DNA of 64,000 bases, from the IMG/VR virus record IMGVR_UViG_3300032006_001851. One strand, written 5' to 3'. The translations under genes were made by a program, and so were the position numbers. The notes beneath the pieces were generated by a model. It was not told the DNA's origin. It saw only the letters and a list, made by a program, of their open reading frames with translations, and searched no databases. This document shows, one piece after another, positions 30,720-39,227 of the stretch. Positions within the stretch are counted from its first letter, which is position 1. Every line of letters begins with the position of its first letter. Source of the DNA: an uncultured virus (IMG/VR IMGVR_UViG_3300032006_001851). Its lineage: Duplodnaviria; Heunggongvirae; Uroviricota; Caudoviricetes.

Positions 30720-32899
30720 ATAATTTCACAAGCTCCATTTGCACAAGCGATCTCCTGTTCGGGTACTACATTGTCCTCTTGTTCAATACACGTAGTATAA
30801 TCTACAGATTTGTACTCTCTTTTCATATCCACCCATTCCTTCCAATTATATACATCCTTCATACAATATGTTAATCTCTTAATGTCTCCGTCCATATACT
30901 TTTTAGCAAACTTTTTACAGCGCTCAACCCACTCTCTTTTTCCGTTGCCTTTAATCCTAGTCCCTATTCCCAGCAGACCATCACAAGCTGCCCATAAATT
31001 ATCTTCCCAGAGATTCAGAGCGACCTCGATCAGGCCGCTTACAAACATCGCTCCGTCTCCGTAGTGCGAAACCATTTCGCTAGGTAGATATACCGTAGAA
31101 AATGGAGCCTGTGGGTAGTCTTTGTCTCCACTGACAGGCAGTAAAGAAACTCCGCAGAAAAACTTACGATTCTTGTATATAAATTTTTCTACATCATGCC
31201 ATTCCTCTGGCTTAACATTGATCGTGTTAGACACATTATGTTGCAGGAAAGGCTTGACGCATAAGGACTCATTGCGTCCAGTCATGACCCAGTTTTGCTG
31301 AGTAGTTTTTACACATCCCAACAGGTCTATAGCACTAACTTTGTTCTTCAGCTTTGATCCGTCTGGGACTTCTATGCAAAAACAAATGACATCATCACTA
31401 TCGTTTGCAGACCAGACTGATTCAGCACAAGCCCTTGGATTGGACTCTTTAAAATGTTGATATATATTCTCCAGCTTATTTGCCTGAACTCTCCTGATGT
31501 ATCGCTTGGCGTGATGTGGATGGATGCCAGAGCTAGTTCCTAGAATGCAGGAAGCTGTTCCTTCTGGCTTGACACAGGTAGTTCTAGCAGCCTGATTAAT
31601 GCCGATCTTGGCAGCAATTTCCTTGTTAGCCTTTTTAACAGCCCTAGCCCCCTCTTTTTGTGTGGCCGGGTCAAGACATATTTCATACCGCTCCATGATC
31701 CCAGTCATAGAAACTCCAAGTAGAGCCTCTCTTCTGAAGATCCTCTCACTAACCTCTCCTAGATATGGCAGATTAGAAAACCCAGCTTGAAGGGTTCCTA
31801 TGGTTGCAGCAGCACGACACGACTCAAGGAAGTCTTCCTTTGTGGAAATTTTGGCGCAGTTGACGGTACTAAGATTGCATGCTTGCCATCCGGTCTCCCC
31901 TGTTTCTTCGTCAACGGGATACAGACCTATTTCCACACAGGGATTGACGATAAGCTCGGTTGAATCTGCCCATACAAAGCCCGGCTCTCCGAACTCCTTT
32001 ACCGACTCCATCAATGTTTCAAATTGTGCAGGGCTGGTTTTATCACGTAGTAACAGAGCAGAATTGTTAGAACGGCCACGTTGAGGATTACTATGAAACC
32101 AATTGCCAGTCTTTGCCAATGCCATCTCTTCATCATCTGGCGAAAAAAGACAAATCGTAGCACTTCTACGTACCCCGCCACTAATAACAGCGTCAGCAGC
32201 GTGCATAACAACATCGTAGACATCTATAGGTCTCAGCTTTCTATTTGAAAATAAAGCATCCTTTAACGCCCTGTCTAAAACTTTCTTAACATTCGTTAGA
32301 GCTTTTTTCAGAGGTTCTGGACCGGGAGCTTTGCCAGAGCTTGAGCTTAGATATGATCCGGCGGGTCTAATTTCTGAGTAATCAAAGGATACGGTCTTGC
32401 CCATGTACTCTGGAAAAATATCACAGTCTTCAAAATAACTACTGACCAGCACACCAATAGCGTCAGACCATCCCTCTATTGTATCTGGAATAGTATACTT
32501 TTTAGTGCCGTCTTTTGAAAATACCAATCTAGGAAGCTTTTCAACATGGTGCTTCTGTACAGAAAACCCGACCCCGCACCCACAAAGAAGTAGGTACATG
32601 GTTTCTTGGAAAAATCTTGGCCTGTCTGAATATGATGCAATGCAGTTATATACTCTAGCGTTATGCTTAATAATTGGTTTGCCACCAAACTGCAACGCTC
32701 TTTGCGAGCCTAAGACCCTTTTCTTGTGCATCAAATCATACGCCCAGTCAATATCATCCTTTGCATCTGGATATTGCTCAAGCATCATGTTTTTAACACG
32801 ATCAACAGACTCTTTCCAAGTTTCTCTTCTCTTCTTTTCCGGTATCCATCTTGCATATCTTCCTACGAAAGTATAGTTCTGCAATTCGGCAACTGACAT
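30716..32899 (-). CDS. nrdJ: Class II (adenosylcobalamin-dependent) ribonucleotide reductase
   Basis: YNC, GGVRRSA, NPCVEI, CNL, VKPEGT, C-terminal CANGAC; no small subunit nearby. Confidence 0.88.
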   Translation of the reverse strand: MSVAELQNYTFVGRYARWIPEKKRRETWKESVDRVKNMMLEQYPDAKDDIDWAYDLMHKKRVLGSQRALQFGGKPIIKHNARVYNCIASYSDRPRFFQETMYLLLCGCGVGFSVQKHHVEKLPRLVFSKDGTKKYTIPDTIEGWSDAIGVLVSSYFEDCDIFPEYMGKTVSFDYSEIRPAGSYLSSSSGKAPGPEPLKKALTNVKKVLDRALKDALFSNRKLRPIDVYDVVMHAADAVISGGVRRSATICLFSPDDEEMALAKTGNWFHSNPQRGRSNNSALLLRDKTSPAQFETLMESVKEFGEPGFVWADSTELIVNPCVEIGLYPVDEETGETGWQACNLSTVNCAKISTKEDFLESCRAAATIGTLQAGFSNLPYLGEVSERIFRREALLGVSMTGIMERYEICLDPATQKEGARAVKKANKEIAAKIGINQAARTTCVKPEGTASCILGTSSGIHPHHAKRYIRRVQANKLENIYQHFKESNPRACAESVWSANDSDDVICFCIEVPDGSKLKNKVSAIDLLGCVKTTQQNWVMTGRNESLCVKPFLQHNVSNTINVKPEEWHDVEKFIYKNRKFFCGVSLLPVSGDKDYPQAPFSTVYLPSEMVSHYGDGAMFVSGLIEVALNLWEDNLWAACDGLLGIGTRIKGNGKREWVERCKKFAKKYMDGDIKRLTYCMKDVYNWKEWVDMKREYKSVDYTTCIEQEDNVVPEQEIACANGACEII

Positions 32900-32907
32900 A
32901 TTAAATC

Positions 32908-33297
32908 CTACTTCTTCTTTTTTTCTTTTGTGGCGTGTCCATCGGCTACCATTCTAGCTGATACATCTTCTCCGTTAACAAAGATATATCCTAAAACCCG
33001 ATTCATAGTTAAAATATCTTTTATGTCACCCTCTTCGTCGGCGGGTATGTGTAAGACTACTTCCTTGTATCTCACATCTCCGAAGTATAACTCCTGTTGA
33101 GCCAACAGGCTTTCCATGTGATCTTTTGCTGCAAGCCCCTTCTCTTTTTCTTCGAGATCTCTCGTTCTTGTTTCTGGACACCAGCAATCTTTCAGACGAA
33201 CACGGATGTTCTTGACTATTTGAACATCTACAGTGTCACCGTCAACTATGTTTGTCACTAAAACTTTAGTAGTGAGACCTACGGAAGGTTGTTCCAT
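32908..33297 (-). CDS. Staphylococcal nuclease (SNase)-like protein
   Basis: IVDGDTV, RVRL...PETR, RVLG, MVADGHA. Confidence 0.85.
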   Translation of the reverse strand: MEQPSVGLTTKVLVTNIVDGDTVDVQIVKNIRVRLKDCWCPETRTRDLEEKEKGLAAKDHMESLLAQQELYFGDVRYKEVVLHIPADEEGDIKDILTMNRVLGYIFVNGEDVSARMVADGHATKEKKKK

Positions 33298-33332
33298 TGT
33301 AAAATCCCTAAAGGGTAACTGTTAATACAAAA

Positions 33333-33342
33333 TATTATACAC
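33333..33342 (-). promoter_or_regulatory. Putative phage promoter motif GTGTATAATA
   Basis: Intergenic, about 35 nt upstream of the SNase ATG; identical 10-mer at 43026-43035. Confidence 0.5.
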
Positions 33343-33360
33343 TAAAACTATTGCGCTTAC

Positions 33361-33792
33361 TCACTCTTTTAGATAAGTTATCTCAAGTCCGTTTTCTATG
33401 AGGTGGCTGTAAACAATCTTGTCTTCCTCCTTCTCCCCATGAGCTTTTGAGCCTTCTGGAACATACCACTCCATCACACCGGTCTGCCATAACAGCTTGG
33501 CACAATTGGCGCAAGGGAGATGTGTAATGTATGCCTTGTAGTGATCTATCTGCCTTACAACCAAGTTGCTAACAGCATTTGCCTCTGCGTGTACAATAAA
33601 AGGATACTTGCCGGGTCTTGTGGTCGGCAAATCCTCCTCTTTAACTCCCGAACAAAATCCGTTATAGCCAACCCCAACAACTATATTGGGGCTACCAACT
33701 ATAACACACCCCACCTTGGTTTGTGAGTCGTGGCTGCGTGTAGACGCATAGCGCGCCATACCCATAAAATACTCATCCCATGTTGGTCTCAT
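33361..33792 (-). CDS. dCMP deaminase
   Basis: RPTWDEYFM, VGCVIV, GYNG, HAEANA, PCANC. Confidence 0.92.
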   Translation of the reverse strand: MRPTWDEYFMGMARYASTRSHDSQTKVGCVIVGSPNIVVGVGYNGFCSGVKEEDLPTTRPGKYPFIVHAEANAVSNLVVRQIDHYKAYITHLPCANCAKLLWQTGVMEWYVPEGSKAHGEKEEDKIVYSHLIENGLEITYLKE

Positions 33793-33880
33793 ATTCACGC
33801 TTCTTATTCTTCCTAGATCGACGTTCCCTCTTCAATCTTTTCTTGTCGCGCTTACTTTTTTTTCTTATTGTTTTTCCCAT
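33773..33880 (-). CDS. Putative 35-aa highly basic peptide
   Basis: Manual translation MGKTIRKKSKRDKKRLKRERRSRKNKKREYETNMG; fills the gap between two genes. Confidence 0.5.
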   Translation of the reverse strand: MGKTIRKKSKRDKKRLKRERRSRKNKKREYETNMG

Positions 33881-34067
33881 GACTCTTTCTGAAACCTTTG
33901 TGGACCCAAGAAAAACTAGGACCAACAGAATAAATAATTAATTTACGAAAACCATTCCCGCTTTCTAGTCCGTCAGATTTTTCCGGTAAAACCCAGCCGT
34001 AAGAACTATCACTAATTTTTATCTTTTCCGCCTTGGACTTTACGACCTTTTTCATATCAGCCTTCAT
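33852..34067 (-). CDS. Small basic hypothetical protein
   Basis: ORF immediately downstream of 34070-35044. Confidence 0.45.
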   Translation of the reverse strand: MKADMKKVVKSKAEKIKISDSSYGWVLPEKSDGLESGNGFRKLIIYSVGPSFSWVHKGFRKSHGKNNKKKK

Positions 34068-34069
34068 GA

Positions 34070-35044
34070 TTACTCCAGTATTTCTAGACCGTGGATGCAA
34101 TGCCTTATATCTTCCTCTAGCTGTATAGTTTTTTCTATCTTGCCGTCATTCATGTTAAACATAATGATTCTAGCCGGTGATGATCCAACAAACAAGAAGT
34201 CTTCATGTCTTGCCAGACCCCTATTCCAGTTAGCTTTGGCAATTTCATCCGCATGATACTTGACCTTTTTAGCTTTTGGAAGGGCTACAAATCTTGTCTT
34301 TAAAAGAGTTCTTTCTATTGTAGTGCTTTCGTTATTGAATGAGTTGGGCATTGTATGTACCGAATCGTCACTTTTAATTAACCCAAGATAACCAAACGTA
34401 GTTAGGTTGACGGCATAGAATCCGGGGTATTCATAGAAATTGTGCTGAAAGCTCTTTGATCTTTCGATCATGGGCATGGGATTTATAACGTCCATCGTTT
34501 TAAAATCGTACAGATGGGTTATAAGCCCTCCGAAGACTAGCCTGTTGTCATACGCAGAAATTGAATTGATATGAAAATTGTCATCTTCTGGAGCTTCGCC
34601 GGGGTTTATCTGTTCAAGACCTAGCAATGCTTTGTAATCTGACCTGTTCTCTCCCACAACTTCCCAGAGTCCTGACAATTTAAAGTCTAAATCAACACTA
34701 GCAATTGAATCGTAGGCCGTGGAAGTTACCCAGATATTGTTATCGAAGTAACAAATTTCATGTATAGATTTAAATATTTTATCGTCGCTGAAACGTCTAA
34801 CGATTTGAAACGTCTCTTTATCCAACTCTATGAGTCCCCCAGAGTCGGCAACGACTATCCTGTCGTCCAGAACAGTTATTCCACGCAGTCCTCTCTCGCC
34901 GCCCCTCTCGTTATCGTTTACGAAGTCTTCTGCGTAAGGTGAATAGTGTACAATCTCCTCAGAGTCTACATCAATAACATAAAGACCGCCATGAATATCC
35001 CCCTGTTTGGCCGCTCTCACTACCGTGCTGCAAATAATTTTCAT
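34070..35044 (-). CDS. Probable beta-propeller protein
   Basis: Repeated strand motifs GLRGI, SIHEI, FHINSI, WNRGL, CIHGL. Confidence 0.55.
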   Translation of the reverse strand: MKIICSTVVRAAKQGDIHGGLYVIDVDSEEIVHYSPYAEDFVNDNERGGERGLRGITVLDDRIVVADSGGLIELDKETFQIVRRFSDDKIFKSIHEICYFDNNIWVTSTAYDSIASVDLDFKLSGLWEVVGENRSDYKALLGLEQINPGEAPEDDNFHINSISAYDNRLVFGGLITHLYDFKTMDVINPMPMIERSKSFQHNFYEYPGFYAVNLTTFGYLGLIKSDDSVHTMPNSFNNESTTIERTLLKTRFVALPKAKKVKYHADEIAKANWNRGLARHEDFLFVGSSPARIIMFNMNDGKIEKTIQLEEDIRHCIHGLEILE

Positions 35045-35901
35045 TAGTTAAATCTCAAAACAAAATCTTCATATGGTTTGGAAATATGTTTAAACGAAAA
35101 ATAATCTAGGTCTATGCTGTGGCCATTAAGATATCTTGTGTTGATGTCAGCCTTTTCTATCCCCAGTGAACTATCACGATAAGAATCAGATATTTTTTCT
35201 GATGAATTGTGGATTACTACACTGTACTCTGGACAGGCCATTAGACGAGGAAATTTTTCCCATGCCCCTTGGTAGATAATAGGTTGTATTTCTTCTTCAA
35301 GGGCGTCAATCTTAGATTCGGAAGACGCACGCATAATCTCTTTTAAATTATCCAGTCTATAAATATGTCCATTTGTAGAGAAGGGAATGCCAAAATTGGT
35401 ATAAGGAGTTATCTTTGACGAATCCCACAAAAGAAATTCGTCCAATACGAACTCTCCCTCCTTCGGTATCTCTGCAAAATAGCTGGATCTCTCGTATGGA
35501 TTTTGTATCACTGTGTTGTTTCCCAGTCTAAGAGAAAGGCACAGTGGGTTGTGGTTATCAAACAATCTTCTGATTTTGTTGTAGCACGGAGGTCTTTTAA
35601 TGAGAATGTTTTCATCATTAAAAATGCAGACAAGACCCCTTGAGCCTTCGACAACTGAGAGGATATCTTTTGCTACTGATGAATGTCTTCTCTCGTGCCA
35701 TCTAACGGGAAACTCATGCCCATGCTTGTGCTTTCTATAGAAATGGTCTGCTGCTATCGAGTAGCCTTCAAAAAAATTATTATCTGAAAACTTATATAAG
35801 ACATTTATGTCAAAAATATTGCCAGCATTAGCATATAAGCTTTCAAGAAGAAGGTGTACTCTAGCCGCTCCATCTTCTGATAGAACAATCGCTGTAATCA
35901 A
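35044..35901 (-). CDS. Putative GT-A fold protein (paralog family A, copy 2, divergent)
   Basis: LLLESL, LCLSLRLGNNT, PFSTNGHI. Confidence 0.55.
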   Translation of the reverse strand: MITAIVLSEDGAARVHLLLESLYANAGNIFDINVLYKFSDNNFFEGYSIAADHFYRKHKHGHEFPVRWHERRHSSVAKDILSVVEGSRGLVCIFNDENILIKRPPCYNKIRRLFDNHNPLCLSLRLGNNTVIQNPYERSSYFAEIPKEGEFVLDEFLLWDSSKITPYTNFGIPFSTNGHIYRLDNLKEIMRASSESKIDALEEEIQPIIYQGAWEKFPRLMACPEYSVVIHNSSEKISDSYRDSSLGIEKADINTRYLNGHSIDLDYFSFKHISKPYEDFVLRFN

Positions 35902-35903
35902 CG

Positions 35904-36893
35904 CTATGCCCTCTCGGTTGGGGGAAGCTCATTTACTTGCTTCAAGAAAAACTCGGCATTACCACACCACTCTAGAGTTCTCTCTAGACCTTCTCTTAGA
36001 GAGGTGGAGGCGTTGAAGCCAAAGCCCTCTTGCGCTCTAGCCACGTCTAGGCATCGTCTTGGCTGTCCATCTGGTTTTTCATCGTTCCACACAATCTCCC
36101 CATCGTATTCCATCAGTTCACAAATTAGCTCAATGAGGTCTCTAATGTTTGTTTCTACCCCAGTTCCTATGTTGACAGGATCCGCTTCGTTGTATCGCTC
36201 CATGGCTAGCATTACAGCTTCAGCGCAATCGTCAACGTATAGGAATTCTCTGCTAGCGTTGCCAGAACCCCAGACTTCCATGGATTTTTCACCGTTGGCC
36301 TTCGCATATCCCACGCGAGATATAATTGCGGGTATGACATGGCTGGCTCTTGGGTCATGGTTGTCACCCGGCCCATACATATTAACCGGGATTAAAGAAA
36401 CACCGTTAAAGCCAAACTGCTTTCTATACGCCAATAGCATTTCCATTAAGGTTTTCTTCGCTATGCCGTATGGAGCATTTGTTTCTTCTGGGTATCCATT
36501 CCATAGGTCGTCTTCCTTGAATGGCACGGGGCAATTTTTGGGATAGGAACAAACAGTTCCGGCTAGTATAAATTTTTTGCACCCGTGTTGTCTGGCCTCC
36601 TCGATAACCTTAACACCCATGTTTAGATTTTCATACAGGAAGCCGCCGGGGTACTTCATGTTGGCTCCAATTCCGCCAACTCTAGCAGCAAGATGAATAA
36701 CAACATCGGGATTGTAGTTATCAAACATCCATCCAACAACAGCCTCTTCCCCCAAATCGACCCCGTCGTTAGTCCCGCCCATTGCAACGACTTTTTCGTA
36801 GCCGGAATAGTTAAGAAGCTGGTAGAGTCTTTTTCCTAAAAAACCTCTCCCACCAGTAATGAGAACAACGTCCTCAGACTTGTTTATTTCCAT
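35904..36893 (-). CDS. fcl: GDP-L-fucose synthase
   Basis: HLAARVGGIGAN, GTVCSYP, YGIAKK, PVNMYGPGDN, WGSGNASREF, KPDGQPRR. Confidence 0.93.
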   Translation of the reverse strand: MEINKSEDVVLITGGRGFLGKRLYQLLNYSGYEKVVAMGGTNDGVDLGEEAVVGWMFDNYNPDVVIHLAARVGGIGANMKYPGGFLYENLNMGVKVIEEARQHGCKKFILAGTVCSYPKNCPVPFKEDDLWNGYPEETNAPYGIAKKTLMEMLLAYRKQFGFNGVSLIPVNMYGPGDNHDPRASHVIPAIISRVGYAKANGEKSMEVWGSGNASREFLYVDDCAEAVMLAMERYNEADPVNIGTGVETNIRDLIELICELMEYDGEIVWNDEKPDGQPRRCLDVARAQEGFGFNASTSLREGLERTLEWCGNAEFFLKQVNELPPTERA

Positions 36894-37191
36894 CAAACTC
36901 TTCCAAAAATTTTATTGTTTCTTCTACGTCCATATTATGAGCGCGTTTAAAAATTTCTCTTTCCTCGTCCATAATAACCACAGTAGGAAAAGCTTCAATG
37001 TCAAACTGTTCAGATAAATATTCATTACCGGGTTTATCTACCTGAATAATTGCTGGCTTGCCCCCATGATAATTCGAAGAGGATTTTAGAACATCTTTTT
37101 TTGTCCAAACCTCTTGACGCATCCCCTTGCAGTGAGGACACCAGCTTGCGACAAAGACCACAATTTGAAATCGATCTTTGGATTTTATCAT
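36874..37191 (-). CDS. Thioredoxin-like protein
   Basis: ASWCPHC active site, FPT cis-Pro. Confidence 0.88.
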   Translation of the reverse strand: MIKSKDRFQIVVFVASWCPHCKGMRQEVWTKKDVLKSSSNYHGGKPAIIQVDKPGNEYLSEQFDIEAFPTVVIMDEEREIFKRAHNMDVEETIKFLEEFDGNKQV

Positions 37192-37409
37192 TACCAGATG
37201 TTCTTTCCTGTGGCCTCTTTAGTAACACGATTGATTGACCATAGCCAAGGTCCAACGACTAGGGCTGCTCCAGCACCCCAAGCCCAAAGAACAAGCCCAC
37301 CACCATCCGGCACCATAATCGTAGCTGTAATCGCAGCAATTAAATACAGTGCCAACAATACGTGACTCATCTTTTGCTCCATGTACCAACTAAAAATTTT
37401 CCTAAACAT
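37191..37409 (-). CDS. Small two-TM membrane protein
   Basis: Two hydrophobic helices in 72 aa. Confidence 0.6.
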   Translation of the reverse strand: MFRKIFSWYMEQKMSHVLLALYLIAAITATIMVPDGGGLVLWAWGAGAALVVGPWLWSINRVTKEATGKNIW

Positions 37410-37419
37410 CGCTATTCTC

Positions 37420-38337
37420 TCACTTAATCAGTGTGGGAAATTTAACACTGTCTTTAGTCAGAATACTTTTTTCTGTTTTTCCACCCGTGGACGATCCACC
37501 TTCGGTTGGAAGCGTTAGGATATCCTTAAGGCTTGGAACCTCTGTAGTTGTATCTATAGCCCACAGAATAGATTCCTTCTTGGCCCATGTTCGCATTCTT
37601 CTAACAGGAACTATAAAGTTAAAGGTTTCTCCAGCACCTCTCACAAGCATCCCAACATATTGACCAGCCTTGTCTCCTGATCTCTCACTGAGGAAAACCC
37701 CTCCCCCACTAGAACCGGGGAAAGCCGTTACAGTTGTCTGATCAAATACTACACCATCACCAGAGCCTAAGTCAAGAACTCTTCCGACTTGAGAGCAAAT
37801 TCCTCTCGTCATCGAATTACTTCCGACTTGGCCTAGCAATGAGCCAACATGGTACAATTCAGTACCTACAGCGGTTGGAGTGTTGGGGGCGTAGAAGGTG
37901 GTCGTCTTAGTGATAAAGCCCTTCTTTCTCACCATAAGCAAGGCGAGATCATCACCATTTTCTGAGTCGCTATATTTTATAACCTTGGCATCCATTTTCA
38001 GTTCGCCAACACGCCTCCCATCCTCTATCAACTCCTTTACAATCTGAGCATCCTTAAATTCAACTATTGTAGTTGGCTTGCCGTTCTTTATGACTACCCT
38101 AACAGATCTTAAATTGTCTACAACATGTCCAGCAGTCCAGACGAAGTTAATTTTTTCTACTCTGCCCGGAGAGACTAGAACATCTCTGGTAATAAGAACA
38201 CCAGAGCCTTCTCCAAGGCCAGACTTTACTGTTACAGATACGTCCTGTAAGTGCTGGTAAAGCTGCTTGTCCGCTGAGAACACGGAGGAGGCAAGAACGA
38301 ATAGTAGCATAACAGTTCCCAAGATCGCTTTTTTCAT
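37420..38337 (-). CDS. Secreted trypsin-like (S1) serine protease
   Basis: Signal peptide MKKAILG...VFSA; triad TAGHV, DDLAL, PGSSGG; AAGGAAGG SD. Confidence 0.88.
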   Translation of the reverse strand: MKKAILGTVMLLFVLASSVFSADKQLYQHLQDVSVTVKSGLGEGSGVLITRDVLVSPGRVEKINFVWTAGHVVDNLRSVRVVIKNGKPTTIVEFKDAQIVKELIEDGRRVGELKMDAKVIKYSDSENGDDLALLMVRKKGFITKTTTFYAPNTPTAVGTELYHVGSLLGQVGSNSMTRGICSQVGRVLDLGSGDGVVFDQTTVTAFPGSSGGGVFLSERSGDKAGQYVGMLVRGAGETFNFIVPVRRMRTWAKKESILWAIDTTTEVPSLKDILTLPTEGGSSTGGKTEKSILTKDSVKFPTLIK

Positions 38338-38366
38338 GGTTTCCTTCCTTAAGGTCATTCAGATGT

Positions 38367-38399
38367 AAAAAAAAGAGGGGTTTGAAAGCCAGACCCCTC
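38367..38399 (-). terminator. Rho-independent terminator
   Basis: GAGGGGT...ACCCCTC stem followed by T8 on the minus strand. Confidence 0.8.
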
Positions 38400-38419
38400 A
38401 AAACTGGATTAAACAGCGG

Positions 38420-39214
38420 TTAAGAGACTACTTCGCCTCCTTGCATTCTGCGCTCTAGTTCTCGCTGGGGCGTATTAGATTCATTCTCTGCTACACCCGG
38501 TGCTACTGGAACGTTAGGAGTTGCAATTGGACGAAGTTCGTCTTCTGTAAATTCACTACCAAGGGCTGGATGTTTAATCCACTCGATAGTAGGAATGTGT
38601 CCAACGTTGTAAGCTTCAAACATTTCTGGAGCAAGGAAGTAAGGTGACTCATCGTTGAAGACACCATGAGCTTCCACTACAGGAATACGGAAAAGCTCAA
38701 CGCACATGAGACGATAGGCTTCACGGAAAAGCTTTTTCATCTCTTTGCCGGTCTGGATGCTCCAGTCATTAGCCCAAGTGTTCTCAGAAAGCTGAGCTAG
38801 GTCACTCAAACCCTGAAGGCATAATTCAATCCATCTGCGACAGTAGTCGTTCTTGACATCAAAATAACGAACCGGATAAATCTTAAAAGCTCTACGTTCA
38901 TGCGTAATGTGATGAGCTTCAAGTCTTTCCATGTTATCAGGCTTGGTATTTGTGTCAATCAGATTGCACAAGCGCACAAACATGTTGTGATGCTGCTTGA
39001 CTGCGGCCAGTGTTGGAGGACCGGGAACAAAGCAGTCGGTACGAACCGAAAACGCTTGAAGATGCTCGCCAATCTTTTCAAACAGGCGCGCTATAGCCAT
39101 ATTAAGAGTTTCCTTGTTGTCGCCAACATTAGGAATTGCCCATTTTACACCCTCAAACATGTAAGGAAGTATGGCGTCGTGGGATGGGATTACTAGATTT
39201 TCAGTGTCAGACAT
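38420..39214 (-). CDS. Hypothetical protein, probably highly expressed
   Basis: 264 aa; GGAGGTGA SD; followed by a terminator. Confidence 0.7.
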   Translation of the reverse strand: MSDTENLVIPSHDAILPYMFEGVKWAIPNVGDNKETLNMAIARLFEKIGEHLQAFSVRTDCFVPGPPTLAAVKQHHNMFVRLCNLIDTNTKPDNMERLEAHHITHERRAFKIYPVRYFDVKNDYCRRWIELCLQGLSDLAQLSENTWANDWSIQTGKEMKKLFREAYRLMCVELFRIPVVEAHGVFNDESPYFLAPEMFEAYNVGHIPTIEWIKHPALGSEFTEDELRPIATPNVPVAPGVAENESNTPQRELERRMQGGEVVS

Positions 39215-39227
39215 AGATCACCTCCGA

